A DNA stretch of 64,000 nt from Planctomycetota bacterium (GCA_039025855.1 JBCCNL010000001.1:106988-170987), one strand, 5' to 3'; positions 28,498-38,771 are shown, numbered from the stretch's first letter. Program-made: numbers and translations. Notes: a model not told the origin generated them from the letters alone.

Positions 28498-29960
28498 GAG
28501 GGCACCGCCGACAACGCCTCGTCTGGCTGGGCGTGCCGGATCACTTTGCCCAACGCCGTGCGCGGCAGGTGTTCGCAGGCGAAGGTGCGCGGCACCTTCC
28601 ACGGCGCAAGGTGGTGCCGGCAGTGGCGTCGCAGTTCGGCCGCCGTCGGCGGGGCGTCGTCGTCGGTCGGCTCGATCACCGCGTTGAGCCGACTGATCGT
28701 GTGGTTCAGCCGCTCCTCACCGACGAGCGCTTCGCGGACGCCGGGGTGCAGCCGAAGGATGGCCTCGACCTCCATCGGGTTGACCTTGTTCGCACCGACA
28801 TCGATCAGCAGCTTCCGCCGTGCGACAAACCGGAAGTGCCCGTCGCGCCCGCGCACCCCCAGGTCGCCCGTCAGGAAACATCGCCGCCCCGCGATCTCAG
28901 TAAATGGAGGCTCGTGCTCGGCCTCGCCCAACGCGTCGATGTAGCCCGTCATCAGCGACGGGGCATCGACCGCGATCTCGCCCGTCATGCCGTCCGAGAC
29001 CGGCACCCGGCTGTCCGGATCCACGATGTGCATCGCCACCCCCGGCATCGGCCGCCCCAACCACCCGGCATCGTGCCCCGGCTCATGTGGGTCCGCCAAA
29101 CAGACCGAGCCCATCTCCGTCGCCCCGTAGTAGTTCGCCGCTTCAAGCCCGAGCTTGTCCCGGCAGGCATACCACAGCGGCTCGGGCAGCGTCGCACCCG
29201 CACAAAGCAGGCGACGCAGCGTCGGGAACGCCGGCTCACCCGGTTCGCCGCGGTGCATCTGCACGAGCATGTCGACCATGGCCGGGACCGCCGGCAGGAT
29301 CGTCGCACCGGTCTCATGGATCCGCTGCGCCAACCGGTCCGGCGTGAACGCGTTCTCCAGCTCGACACGCGACCCCGCCAACAGCGGCGCAAGCAGCCCC
29401 GCCTCCAGCCCATACGCATGGGTCAACGGCACCGCCGCAAACACGGTGTCGCCAGCCAGGTACCCCACCGACGTGCAGACCTGACACGCCACCGCGTCCA
29501 CCGCCGCCGCCTCCCGCCGCACCACCTTCGAACCGCCAGTCGTGCCCGATGACGGCAGCGCCAGCCAGCCGCGTAGTTCGACCGGTCCATCCGTCCGCTG
29601 CGTGTCCAACGAGGCCCCCTCCGCCACCGACTCCTCCACACGCACCGTCACCCCAACACCCGCCTGCTGCGCCACGCGCCGACGCTCCGCGTCCGGCAAG
29701 CGATCCGACATCGGCAACACCCCATACCCCAGATGCCACAACGCAAACAGGTGCACCACCATCCCCGGCGTCGAGCCGCCCACCAGCCCGACGGGCCGCG
29801 CCGCGTCCGGCCCGGGCAGCTCCGACGCCAACCGCTCCGCGCAGCCCAGCACCAGGCCCGGCAGCTCCCCGTAGCTCACCTCCACCTCACCCAGCCGCAG
29901 CAGAACCCCGGACGGCGACCGCTGCGCGTGCTGTTGAATCGCCTGACTGATCCCTTGCAT
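28494..29960 (-). CDS. AMP-dependent synthetase/ligase (aryl/acyl-AMP ligase; starter-unit activation).
   Basis: 'LPSSGTTGGSKVV' AMP-binding motif plus the A8-A10 core. ATG at 29960 (MQGISQAIQQ...). Confidence 0.8.
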   Translation of the reverse strand: MQGISQAIQQHAQRSPSGVLLRLGEVEVSYGELPGLVLGCAERLASELPGPDAARPVGLVGGSTPGMVVHLFALWHLGYGVLPMSDRLPDAERRRVAQQAGVGVTVRVEESVAEGASLDTQRTDGPVELRGWLALPSSGTTGGSKVVRREAAAVDAVACQVCTSVGYLAGDTVFAAVPLTHAYGLEAGLLAPLLAGSRVELENAFTPDRLAQRIHETGATILPAVPAMVDMLVQMHRGEPGEPAFPTLRRLLCAGATLPEPLWYACRDKLGLEAANYYGATEMGSVCLADPHEPGHDAGWLGRPMPGVAMHIVDPDSRVPVSDGMTGEIAVDAPSLMTGYIDALGEAEHEPPFTEIAGRRCFLTGDLGVRGRDGHFRFVARRKLLIDVGANKVNPMEVEAILRLHPGVREALVGEERLNHTISRLNAVIEPTDDDAPPTAAELRRHCRHHLAPWKVPRTFACEHLPRTALGKVIRHAQPDEALSAVPS

Positions 29961-30266
29961 AGCTCTACTGTTGAAGCGAACCGGAGGCCGCCCCCAGAAT
30001 ATGGCAGAGCAGCGTTTTCCGCCAAATCGCCATGGCCCACCCAGTACAGCACGCAAACGCCCCGCAACCCCCAGCAGGCCCCGCAAAGCCCCAGAAACGC
30101 CTGAATGACCCCTGTTCGTGTCAGACGTGCAACAGAGGGGTCTGCTAGATTGATCCGCGGCAGAGGGGGGGCCTCCCCCCAGCCGATTGACGGATGTTCA
30201 ACCCGTTCCGCGGGTTCTCAGGTCGATCACCGCGTCCCTGCCGCGCCCGCTCCGGAGAGGTGTCCC
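29961..30266. promoter_or_regulatory. Divergent intergenic region between the aryl-polyene operon and the NfeD-flotillin operon. Contains a G7/C6 near-palindrome at about 30163..30181.
   Basis: Non-coding gap of 306 bp. The GGAGAGG SD-like sequence sits just before the ATG at 30267. Confidence 0.3.
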
Positions 30267-30917
30267 ATGGCCGACTTCATCACAGCCTGCACGCAGAGCC
30301 CCACCAACCTCGTGTTGTCCGTGCTCCTGGTGCTCATCATGCTGTACTGGATCGTCGTCATCATCGGGGCCGTCGGCATGGACAGCCTCGACTTCGATTT
30401 CGACTTCGACGGCGATGTCGACCTCGCCCTCGACGGCCACACCAGCCTCTTCGGCGCAGGCATCGGCCTCTCGTTCCTCCGGTTCTTCCACGTCGGCACC
30501 GTGCCGCTGCTCATCCTGGTCTCCGTCTTCGTCCTCATGATGTGGGCCATCGGCGTGATCAGCTACCCGCTCATTGGCAACTGGGGCATCCTCCTCCAAC
30601 TGCTCATGCTGGTCCCCTTCGCGATCGGCGCAATCCTCCTGACCAAAGTCCTCACGCTGCCGCTTCGTGTCTTCTTCGACAAGCTCAAAGCCCAGGAAGC
30701 CGCCGAGCAAAGCGTCAACCTCATCGGCCAACGCTGCGAAGTCGTCTCCCTCACCGCCACCCACCGGCACGGGCAGGTCAAGGTCGCCACCGACGGCTCC
30801 CCCCTGCTGCTTAACGTCGTAACCCCCGACGAATCGATCACCCTGAACAAGGGCGACGAAGCCGTATTGATCTCCCAGGACGCCGACTCAAGCGTCTTCA
30901 CCATCCAGGGGTTTTAA
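30267..30917 (+). CDS. NfeD/YqiJ-like membrane protein (TM helices + C-terminal OB-fold beta-barrel), partner of flotillin.
   Basis: ORF 30105..30917 trimmed to the ATG at 30267 (MADFITACT...), with GGAGAGG upstream. Several TM helices, a 'DFDFDFDGD' acidic loop and a C-terminal 'VKVATDGSPLLLNVV...' OB-like segment. Confidence 0.65.
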   Translation: MADFITACTQSPTNLVLSVLLVLIMLYWIVVIIGAVGMDSLDFDFDFDGDVDLALDGHTSLFGAGIGLSFLRFFHVGTVPLLILVSVFVLMMWAIGVISYPLIGNWGILLQLLMLVPFAIGAILLTKVLTLPLRVFFDKLKAQEAAEQSVNLIGQRCEVVSLTATHRHGQVKVATDGSPLLLNVVTPDESITLNKGDEAVLISQDADSSVFTIQGF

Positions 30918-30941
30918 ACCCCCGCTCCGGAGCACACTGCC

Positions 30942-33059
30942 ATGCTGCAACTCCTACCAACCCTCGGCCTCGCCACGCAGACGATGTTCGTCCTCGTTGT
31001 GGCCGGCATCGTCGGCTTCATCCTCGTCGTCGCGATCGTCGCCACCGTCGCCAAGTTCTACGTCAAGGTCGAGCCCGGGACCGCACTGGTCCGCCGCGGC
31101 CAGGGCGGCGGCCAGGTGTCCTTCAACGGCAAGCTGGTCATCCCCATCGCCCACCGCGCCGACATCATGGACATCTCCGTCCGGCGTATCGAGATCTACC
31201 GGCACGGCTCAGAGGGCCTGATCTGTAAAGACAACGTCCGCGCCGACATCAAGGTCGCCTTCTTCGTCCGCGTCAACAACGTCGACAAAGACGTCCTCCA
31301 GGTCGCCGACTCCATCGGCGTCAAGCGTGCGTCCCAGCTCGACGCCCTCGTCGAGCTCTTCGACGCCAAGTTCTCCGAAGCCCTGAAAACCGTCGGTAAG
31401 AAGTTCGACTTCACCGAGCTCTACACCGAACGCGAACGCTTCAAAGACGCCATCCTCGAACACCTCGGCACCGACCTCAACGGCTACGTCCTAGACGACG
31501 CCGCGATCGACTACCTCGAACAGACCGAACTCGGCAAGCTCGACCCCAAGAACATCCTCGACGCCGAGGGCATCAAGAAGATCACCGACCTCACGGCACG
31601 CGAAGCGATCCTTGCCAACGACATCTCCCGCGAGAAAGAAAAGACGATCACCAAGCAGGACGTCGAGGCCCGCGAGGCGATCCTCGAGCTCGAGCGCCAG
31701 CAGGCCGAGGCCGAGGCCAAGCAGGCCCGCGAGATCGCCACCGTCCAGGCCCGCGAGCAGGCCGAGTCCCAGAAAGTCGAAGAGGAGGAGCGGTACAAGT
31801 CGGAGAAGGCCCGCATCGCAACCGAAGAAGAGCTCGGTATCGCCGAAGAAAACAAGCTGCGGCAGATCCTCGTCGCCCAGCGGGCCAAGGAACGCACCGA
31901 CGCGGTCGAGACCGAGCGTGTCCAGCGTGAGCAGGGCCTCGAGATGACCGAACGCGAGCGCGTCGTGGAACTGGCCCGGATCGAGAAGGAGACCGCCCTT
32001 GAGGTCGAACGCAAGAAGATCCAGGACGTCATCCGCGAACGCGTGGTGGTCGAGCGGGCGGTGGTCGAGGAAGAGCAGAAGATCAAGGACACCGAAGAGA
32101 TCATGACTGCCGAGCGGGCCAAGAGCGTGCAGGTCACCACGGCCACGGCACAGGCGGAAGAAGAGAAGATCAAGGAAGTGAAGAAGGCCGAGGCCGCGAA
32201 GCTGGCGAGCCAGTTCGAGGCCGACGAGATCCTGATCGAGGCCGAGGCCAAGCGGGCCGCGGCTGAGAAGGAAGCGCTGGCCAAGATGAAGCTGGCCGAG
32301 GCCCGTCAGGCCGAAGCCGCCGCGGACGGCCTCGCCGAGGCCGAGGTCATGGACGCCAAGGCCGGGGCCGTTGAGAAGTACGGCACCGCCGAGGCCGAGG
32401 TCGTCCAACGCAAGCTCGAAGCCGAGGCCAAGGGCGACTTCGCCAAGGCCGAGGCCATCAAGGCCAAGGGCAGCGCCGAGGCCGACGTCATGCAGGCCAA
32501 GTACGCCGCCGAGGCCGACGGTGTCGCCGGCAAGGCCGAGGCCATGAAGAAGCTCGACGGTGTCGGCAAAGAACACGAAGAGTTCAAGCTCAACCTCGAC
32601 AAACAGCTCCAGGTCGAGCTCAAGCAGATCGACATCCACAAGGACATCGCGGCCGAACAGGCCAAGGTGCTCGGCGAAGCGCTCAAGTCCGCCAACATCG
32701 ACATCGTCGGCGGCGAGTCCGAGTTCTTCGACACCATCATCCACGCGATCACCAAGGGCAAACAGGTCGACCGGCTCGTCGACAACTCCGACCACCTCGC
32801 CCGGCTGTCCGACTCGCTCCTGTCCAGCAACGGCGACGGCACCACCCTCGCCGACCGTATCGGCGACTTCGTCTCCCGCTCCGGTATCGACAGCGACGAC
32901 GTCAAGAACCTCTCGATCGCCGCGCTCATCGGCAAGATGATCGCCGACTCCAGCGACCAGGGCGTCGTCAACGAGCTCAAGAACCTGCTGAGCCTGTCCA
33001 AAGCCGCCGGGTATGCCGACCAGAAACTCGCCAGCCTCGGCGTCAAGGCCCGCGCCTGA
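30942..33059 (+). CDS. Flotillin-like SPFH/band-7 protein with a long EA-rich coiled coil (YqiK-like).
   Basis: N-terminal TM hairpin, then an SPFH domain ('ALVRRGQGGGQVSFNGKLVIPIAHRADIMDISVRRIEI'), then about 400 aa of E/A/K/R coiled-coil repeats. Confidence 0.85.
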   Translation: MLQLLPTLGLATQTMFVLVVAGIVGFILVVAIVATVAKFYVKVEPGTALVRRGQGGGQVSFNGKLVIPIAHRADIMDISVRRIEIYRHGSEGLICKDNVRADIKVAFFVRVNNVDKDVLQVADSIGVKRASQLDALVELFDAKFSEALKTVGKKFDFTELYTERERFKDAILEHLGTDLNGYVLDDAAIDYLEQTELGKLDPKNILDAEGIKKITDLTAREAILANDISREKEKTITKQDVEAREAILELERQQAEAEAKQAREIATVQAREQAESQKVEEEERYKSEKARIATEEELGIAEENKLRQILVAQRAKERTDAVETERVQREQGLEMTERERVVELARIEKETALEVERKKIQDVIRERVVVERAVVEEEQKIKDTEEIMTAERAKSVQVTTATAQAEEEKIKEVKKAEAAKLASQFEADEILIEAEAKRAAAEKEALAKMKLAEARQAEAAADGLAEAEVMDAKAGAVEKYGTAEAEVVQRKLEAEAKGDFAKAEAIKAKGSAEADVMQAKYAAEADGVAGKAEAMKKLDGVGKEHEEFKLNLDKQLQVELKQIDIHKDIAAEQAKVLGEALKSANIDIVGGESEFFDTIIHAITKGKQVDRLVDNSDHLARLSDSLLSSNGDGTTLADRIGDFVSRSGIDSDDVKNLSIAALIGKMIADSSDQGVVNELKNLLSLSKAAGYADQKLASLGVKARA

Positions 33060-33114
33060 CCCGGCCGTTCTTCACGCATCCGCTGAGCTGCACCCGCCGT
33101 GCCCAGAGTAATCG

Positions 33115-36100
33115 ATGGCTGAAACTCCAGAAGCCACATCCGAGGCCCTGCCGGAGGACCCCACCCCGTCCCAGGGTCCGAGCCACGACCAGATCGACCA
33201 GGGCGCCTACGAGGTCATCCGACGCCGGCTCGACACGCACGGCCGGGACCTCCGCACCCGCCTCGATCAGCTCAACGCCCGCCGCAAAGAAGTCTTCGGG
33301 TCCATCGACTTCAAGCTGATCGACAACGAGCGGATCACCACGGGCAACAACTGCGTCCCCCGCGACATCGCCGCCGTCGGCGACCGCTTCCTGATGGGCT
33401 TCAACGTCCACTTCGGGCTCAAATCCCACGTCGAGCTCGACGACGTCTTCGCGATCTACCGGTTCGACGGCAGCACCTTCCACGCCGACGACCTTTCGCT
33501 CCTCGATAACGAAGACTTCGCCAAGGACTTCACCGACCTGTTCCGTTTTTACAAGAACGCCAAGTTCGCCAAGTTCTTCCGCGAAGGCCCGCACGTCTAT
33601 ATGAAGTTCCACGTCGGGCGCGACGTCGATGACTTCAAGGCCTTCAAGTGGGCCATCGAGGGCGAGTCCCTCCGCTACATGGGCAACCGCTCCGACCACG
33701 AGGTCCGCTACCCCGAGCAACACGACTTCACCTGGACCCGCGCGACCCGCGAGATGCAGACCCAGGGCGCGTTCCCGCACTACTCGATCGAAGACATCGT
33801 CTTCGTCGAAGCGACAGGTGGCGACTTCACCATCAAGGTCGAAGACAACAGCAACACCGGCGAGGGCATCTACGTCGAGCCGGTCGAGAACGCCGACCAG
33901 TCCCTCGACGACGCCGAGATCCACTACTGCGTCGTCGGGCACATCGTCCTGCTCAAGGTTCGGCCCTATCAGGAACGCAACTTCCGGTACTACATCTTCA
34001 ACGCCAAGCTCCAGCAGGTGCACCGCGAAGACAGCCTCGGCGAGGCCTGCGTCCTCCTCCCCGAGAGCCACGGCCTAGTCTTCTCCCGCGGCTACTACCT
34101 CGCCTCCGGCAAATACCAACGCTTCCCCGGCATCCCCGACGACCTCATCTTCGAACGCAAGATCTCCGCGCCCAACGGCGAAGACTTCGCCTTCCTCTTC
34201 TATCACCGCCGGCAGGGCATCTACGTCATCCTCGCCTACAACCTGATCGACCAGTCGATCGACACCCCGCTGGTCACCAACGGCTACGCATTCTTCGGCG
34301 ACGGCCGCGTCGTGTTCTTCAAGACCCCCGAAGACGCCGAACCCCAGAAACACCACGCGATCCAGGTCTGGCAGACCCCCTTCGTCGGGCCCAACTACGT
34401 CGCGCCGCCCGGCGAGGAGTCCTACCTCTCGAAGATCGGCAACCGCGACATTGTGCGTGGCATGGCCGAGTGCGTTGAGGTCCTCGAACTGCTCTCCCGC
34501 GAAGACCTCTACTCCGACCTCTACGTCGATCTGGTCAAGACCACCTCCGACCTGCTCGACGCCTACTTCTGGCTCGACCACGACGAGTCAGCCAACCTCG
34601 CCGAGCCCCTGGGCGAGATCAAGACCGCCGCCGAAGCCGCGATCGGCGAGTACGAAAAGGTCACCCGGATCCGCCGAAACACCGAGCGGCAGATCGCTGC
34701 CGTGACCCGCGAGGCCGAAGACCTGGTCAACACCAACGCGACCCGGATCTACGACAACATCCTCGTCTACGTCGAAGCCCTCGCGTCGCTCCGAGAAGTC
34801 CGGGGCAAGACCATCGCGCTCAAGGAGCTGCGTTACGCCGACCTCAAGCACATCGACGAACTCGAAGAGCGGGTCAAGGACCAGACCGCGTCACTGTCGC
34901 AGCGCTGCGTGGACTTCCTGCTCGACGAGAAGTCGCTCACGCCCTACCAGGCCGCCGCCGAGGAGCACGACGCAAAGATCGACAGCCTGACCAAGGCGAC
35001 CGACGCGAAGGAGCTCGCCGAGCTGGTCCAGAAGAGCGCCGACGAGCTCGAGATGCTGATCGAGATCGTCGGCAACCTCCGCATCGAAGACACGACCCAC
35101 CGCACCGAGATCGTCGACAACATCTCAGCGATCTTCGGCCAGCTCAACGCCACCCGCACCCGCCTCCGCAACAAGCAGCAGGAGCTCGGCCGGGCCGAGG
35201 GCGTCTCCGAGTTCAACTCCCAGCTCAAGCTGCTGAACCAGTCTGTCGTCAACTACCTCGACCTGTCCGACGACCCGGAGAAGACCGAGCAGTACCTCAC
35301 GAAGGTGATGGTGCAGATCGAAGAGCTCGAGGGCCGGTTCGCCGAGTTCGACGAATTCGTGATCCAGCTCACCGAGAAGCGGGACGAGGTGTACACCGCG
35401 TTCGAGAACCGCAAGCTCCAGCTGGTCGAGAAGCGGAACAAGCGGGCCGACGCACTCGGCCAAGCGGCGGGCCGCATCCTCAGCAGCATCAAGTCCCGGG
35501 TCGACGGGATGGAGCAGATCAACGCGATCAACAGCTACTTCGCCAGCGACCTGATGATCGACAAGGTCCGCGACATCTGCGAACAGCTGGCCGAGCTCGA
35601 CGACACGGTCCGGGTCGACGACATCCAGTCCCGGCTCAAGGCGATCCGCGAGGACGCTGTCCGCCAGCTCAAGGACCGCCAGGACCTCCAGGCCGACGGC
35701 CGAAACACCATCCGCTTCGGGCGACACGTCTTCTCGGTCAACAACCAGGCCGTCGACCTCACCACGATCACCCGCGGCGGCGAGATGAAGCTGCACCTAA
35801 CCGGCACGCAGTTCTTCGAAGCCATCGAAGACCAGCAGCTGCTGGAAACACAAGACGTCTGGTCGCAGGAGGTCGTCTCGGAAGACACCACGGTCTACCG
35901 CGCCGAGTACCTCGCCTACCTCATGCACGAGCAGCTCACACGCGGCGAACCCGCCGAGCTGCAGGCCTTGCTAAAGGAGACCGACGACGACAGCGACCCG
36001 ATCCTCGACGCGGTGCGGTCCTTCATGGGGCCACGTTACAGCGAGGGCTACACCAAGGGCGTCCACGACGCCGACGCCGCCGTCCTCCTGCGGGCCCTGC

Positions 36101-38661
36101 TCGAGATGCACGGCTCTGTCGGCCTGCTCCGCTACCGCAGCGCCGCCCGGGCCATGGCCGGCTACTGGTGGGCCACGCTCGAAGACCGCCGGCTCCGCGA
36201 ACGCCTCACCCATCAGCTCGCCGGCTTCGGCACCGTCGGCGACGTCTTCGCCTCCGCCACCCAGCAACGCGCCTACATCGACGAGCTGTCCCAACACCTC
36301 CACCGCTTCGCCGAAGGCCTCGACCTTTTCGACGCATCGCTCTCATCAGAAGCGGGCGAGTACCTCTTCTATGAGCTGACCGAACCCAAAGACGGGCTCG
36401 TGGTCAGCCCCGAAGCGGCCGAGCTGTTCGACGCCTTCAACAACCACCTCCGCGGCAACCGCTCGCTGAAAAAGTTCCGCGACTCGATCGAAGCCCTCAA
36501 CGACGCCTGGCTCGCCCGCTTCGGCCTCATCCGCGACTGGGCCCACGCCTTCCTCAGCGAGAGCGACGACTTCCCGTCCGACATCTACCGCCACTACGCC
36601 GACGAGTTGGCCCTGCTCCTGCTGCACGGCAAGCCCCCGACCGACCGCATCCACACCGCGAGCGTCCGCCGTGAGCTCGACGGGCTCATCGGCTCACACG
36701 CCGTGATCGATCAGGGCCAATACAGCCTGGACTACAACGAGTTCCTCGCCCGCCTCCGCCACTTTGCCGGCCACACCGTCCCCCGCTTCGAGGCCTACAC
36801 CCACCTGAAACAACAGCTGCTTGATGCTGCCCGCGACGAGATGCGGCTGGACGAGTTCAAGCCCAAGGTCCTCACGTCCTTCGTCCGCAACCAGCTCATC
36901 GACAAGGTCTTCCTCCCACTGATCGGCGACAACCTCGCCAAGCAGATGGGCACCGCCGGGACGGACACCCGCACCGACCGCATGGGCCTGCTCCTGCTCA
37001 TCTCCCCGCCCGGCTACGGCAAGACCACCCTCATGGAGTACATCGCCAACCGCCTCGGCGTCATCTTCATGAAGATCAACGGCCCCGCGATCGGCCACTC
37101 CGTCACCTCCATCGACCCCGCCGAGGCCACCAACGCCGCCGCCCGCGAAGAGCTCGAAAAACTCAACCTCGCCTTCGAGATGGGCGACAACGTCGTGATC
37201 TACGTCGACGACATCCAGCACACCCACCCCGAGTTCCTGCAGAAGTTCATCAGCCTGTGTGACGCCCAGCGGCGCATCGAGGGCGTGTACAAGGGCAAGA
37301 CGCGGACCTACGACTTCCGCGGGCGGAAGGTCGCCGTGGTCATGGCGGGCAACCCGTACACCGAGTCGGGCGAGCGGTTCGCGATCCCCGACATGCTCGC
37401 CAACCGGGCCGACACCTACAACCTCGGCGACATCATCGGCGACCACGCCGAGGCCTTCAAGATGTCGTACCTCGAGAACTGCCTCACCTCAAACCCCGCG
37501 CTCAACGCCCTCGCGTCCCGCAGCCAGAAAGACGTCTATGGCGTGATCAAGATCGCGGAGACCGACAGCCGCGACGGCGTCGAGTTCGAGGGCAACTACG
37601 GCCGGGACGAGCTCGACGAAATGGTCAACGTGATGAAGAAGCTCATCACCGTCCGCGACGTCATCCTGAAGGTCAACCTGCAGTACATCGCCTCGGCCGG
37701 GCAGGAAGACGCCTACCGCACCGAACCCCCCTTCCAACTCCAGGGCTCGTACCGGAACATGAACCGCATCGCCGAGCGGGTGGTCCCCGTGATGAACGAC
37801 GCGGAACTGCAAACGCTCATCTCCTCGAGCTACGAGCAGGACGCGCAGACCCTGACAACCGGTGCCGAGGCCAACCTGCTCAAGCTCCGCGAGATGTTGG
37901 GCTGGATCACCGATGAGGAGGCCGAGCGTTGGGACGACATCAAGCGGACATTTGTCCGCAACAACTCGGTCAACGCGCTAGGCGGTGACGACAAGACGGC
38001 CGCGGTGCTGACGCAGATGGCCGGCCTCAATCAGGGCCTCGGCGACATCGGCAGCGCACTGTCGACCGGCCTCGATGCTTTGAAAGATGCGGATGCATCA
38101 ACGGATGAGGCGGAACCGATCGCGATCGATCTCGCCCCGCTCGCCGAGCAGATGGCGTCGTTCGCCCAGGGGCTCACGGGTATCCGCGAAGCCATGGCGA
38201 CTGTCGCCGAACGCGCCGCGGCGCCAGTCCCACAAGCACCCAAGCCCGTACCGCAGAACGGCCCCGTCGAAGCACGTTTCGACCAGGGCACGCTCGACGC
38301 GATCCAGGCCCTCACCCAGCAGATGGCCGAGCAGGCCCGGGCCGCGCCGCACTCGCCCGCTATCAACGGCGAAGTACCCGTCTCGAACCGCCCCACCGAC
38401 GAACCGGACGACCCCCCGCACGAGATCCGCGTGATCAACAAGATCCCCGCGACGTTCCTCTACGTGATGAAGGAGCAGTTCAAGCTGATGCAGGCCTGGA
38501 TGGAGCCGCTGACCCGGATCACCGCCGACCAGGACGACCAACTCAAGCAGATGCGGGGCTCCATCCAGCAGATCGTCTCGCGGTACGACGACATGATCCA
38601 ACGGCTCGAGAAGAAGCGGGCGTCCGCCGGAGACGAGATCGATGACGACGCCGATGCTTAG
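33115..38661 (+). CDS. 1848-aa protein of unknown function. An AAA_5/MoxR-like ATPase core lies at about residues 1270-1450, preceded by a beta-rich N-terminal region and a long coiled coil.
   Basis: Walker A 'LLLLISPPGYGKTTL', Walker B 'VVIYVDDIQHTHPEFLQKFISL' and sensor-1 'VAVVMAGNPYTE' match the MoxR/AAA_5 pattern. The rest matched no family I recognise. Confidence 0.75.
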   Translation: MAETPEATSEALPEDPTPSQGPSHDQIDQGAYEVIRRRLDTHGRDLRTRLDQLNARRKEVFGSIDFKLIDNERITTGNNCVPRDIAAVGDRFLMGFNVHFGLKSHVELDDVFAIYRFDGSTFHADDLSLLDNEDFAKDFTDLFRFYKNAKFAKFFREGPHVYMKFHVGRDVDDFKAFKWAIEGESLRYMGNRSDHEVRYPEQHDFTWTRATREMQTQGAFPHYSIEDIVFVEATGGDFTIKVEDNSNTGEGIYVEPVENADQSLDDAEIHYCVVGHIVLLKVRPYQERNFRYYIFNAKLQQVHREDSLGEACVLLPESHGLVFSRGYYLASGKYQRFPGIPDDLIFERKISAPNGEDFAFLFYHRRQGIYVILAYNLIDQSIDTPLVTNGYAFFGDGRVVFFKTPEDAEPQKHHAIQVWQTPFVGPNYVAPPGEESYLSKIGNRDIVRGMAECVEVLELLSREDLYSDLYVDLVKTTSDLLDAYFWLDHDESANLAEPLGEIKTAAEAAIGEYEKVTRIRRNTERQIAAVTREAEDLVNTNATRIYDNILVYVEALASLREVRGKTIALKELRYADLKHIDELEERVKDQTASLSQRCVDFLLDEKSLTPYQAAAEEHDAKIDSLTKATDAKELAELVQKSADELEMLIEIVGNLRIEDTTHRTEIVDNISAIFGQLNATRTRLRNKQQELGRAEGVSEFNSQLKLLNQSVVNYLDLSDDPEKTEQYLTKVMVQIEELEGRFAEFDEFVIQLTEKRDEVYTAFENRKLQLVEKRNKRADALGQAAGRILSSIKSRVDGMEQINAINSYFASDLMIDKVRDICEQLAELDDTVRVDDIQSRLKAIREDAVRQLKDRQDLQADGRNTIRFGRHVFSVNNQAVDLTTITRGGEMKLHLTGTQFFEAIEDQQLLETQDVWSQEVVSEDTTVYRAEYLAYLMHEQLTRGEPAELQALLKETDDDSDPILDAVRSFMGPRYSEGYTKGVHDADAAVLLRALLEMHGSVGLLRYRSAARAMAGYWWATLEDRRLRERLTHQLAGFGTVGDVFASATQQRAYIDELSQHLHRFAEGLDLFDASLSSEAGEYLFYELTEPKDGLVVSPEAAELFDAFNNHLRGNRSLKKFRDSIEALNDAWLARFGLIRDWAHAFLSESDDFPSDIYRHYADELALLLLHGKPPTDRIHTASVRRELDGLIGSHAVIDQGQYSLDYNEFLARLRHFAGHTVPRFEAYTHLKQQLLDAARDEMRLDEFKPKVLTSFVRNQLIDKVFLPLIGDNLAKQMGTAGTDTRTDRMGLLLLISPPGYGKTTLMEYIANRLGVIFMKINGPAIGHSVTSIDPAEATNAAAREELEKLNLAFEMGDNVVIYVDDIQHTHPEFLQKFISLCDAQRRIEGVYKGKTRTYDFRGRKVAVVMAGNPYTESGERFAIPDMLANRADTYNLGDIIGDHAEAFKMSYLENCLTSNPALNALASRSQKDVYGVIKIAETDSRDGVEFEGNYGRDELDEMVNVMKKLITVRDVILKVNLQYIASAGQEDAYRTEPPFQLQGSYRNMNRIAERVVPVMNDAELQTLISSSYEQDAQTLTTGAEANLLKLREMLGWITDEEAERWDDIKRTFVRNNSVNALGGDDKTAAVLTQMAGLNQGLGDIGSALSTGLDALKDADASTDEAEPIAIDLAPLAEQMASFAQGLTGIREAMATVAERAAAPVPQAPKPVPQNGPVEARFDQGTLDAIQALTQQMAEQARAAPHSPAINGEVPVSNRPTDEPDDPPHEIRVINKIPATFLYVMKEQFKLMQAWMEPLTRITADQDDQLKQMRGSIQQIVSRYDDMIQRLEKKRASAGDEIDDDADA

Positions 38662-38771
38662 GCCCACCGCTGCCCGCGGGGCTGTCGGCCTCGTGCGTCC
38701 GTGCCCTGCGAGCCGATATAGAATGCGTCCGCAAAACACCCTGCGGTTGCCTTGTTGATAGGAGCTCGAAC

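Noticed and set aside
28498-28602. Upstream 35 codons of ORF 27706..28602, overlapping the AMP-ligase gene by 109 nt.
   Set aside because: A GTG at 28497 gives a proper lipoprotein signal peptide and a GTGA coupling overlap. The long overlap is unlikely.
31491-34071. Minus-strand ORFs 31491..32795 and 33043..34071 with G/L/V/D-rich translations.
   Set aside because: They are antisense to the flotillin and giant AAA+ genes. The repetitive GAG/GCC codons of the coiled-coil region create open antisense frames.
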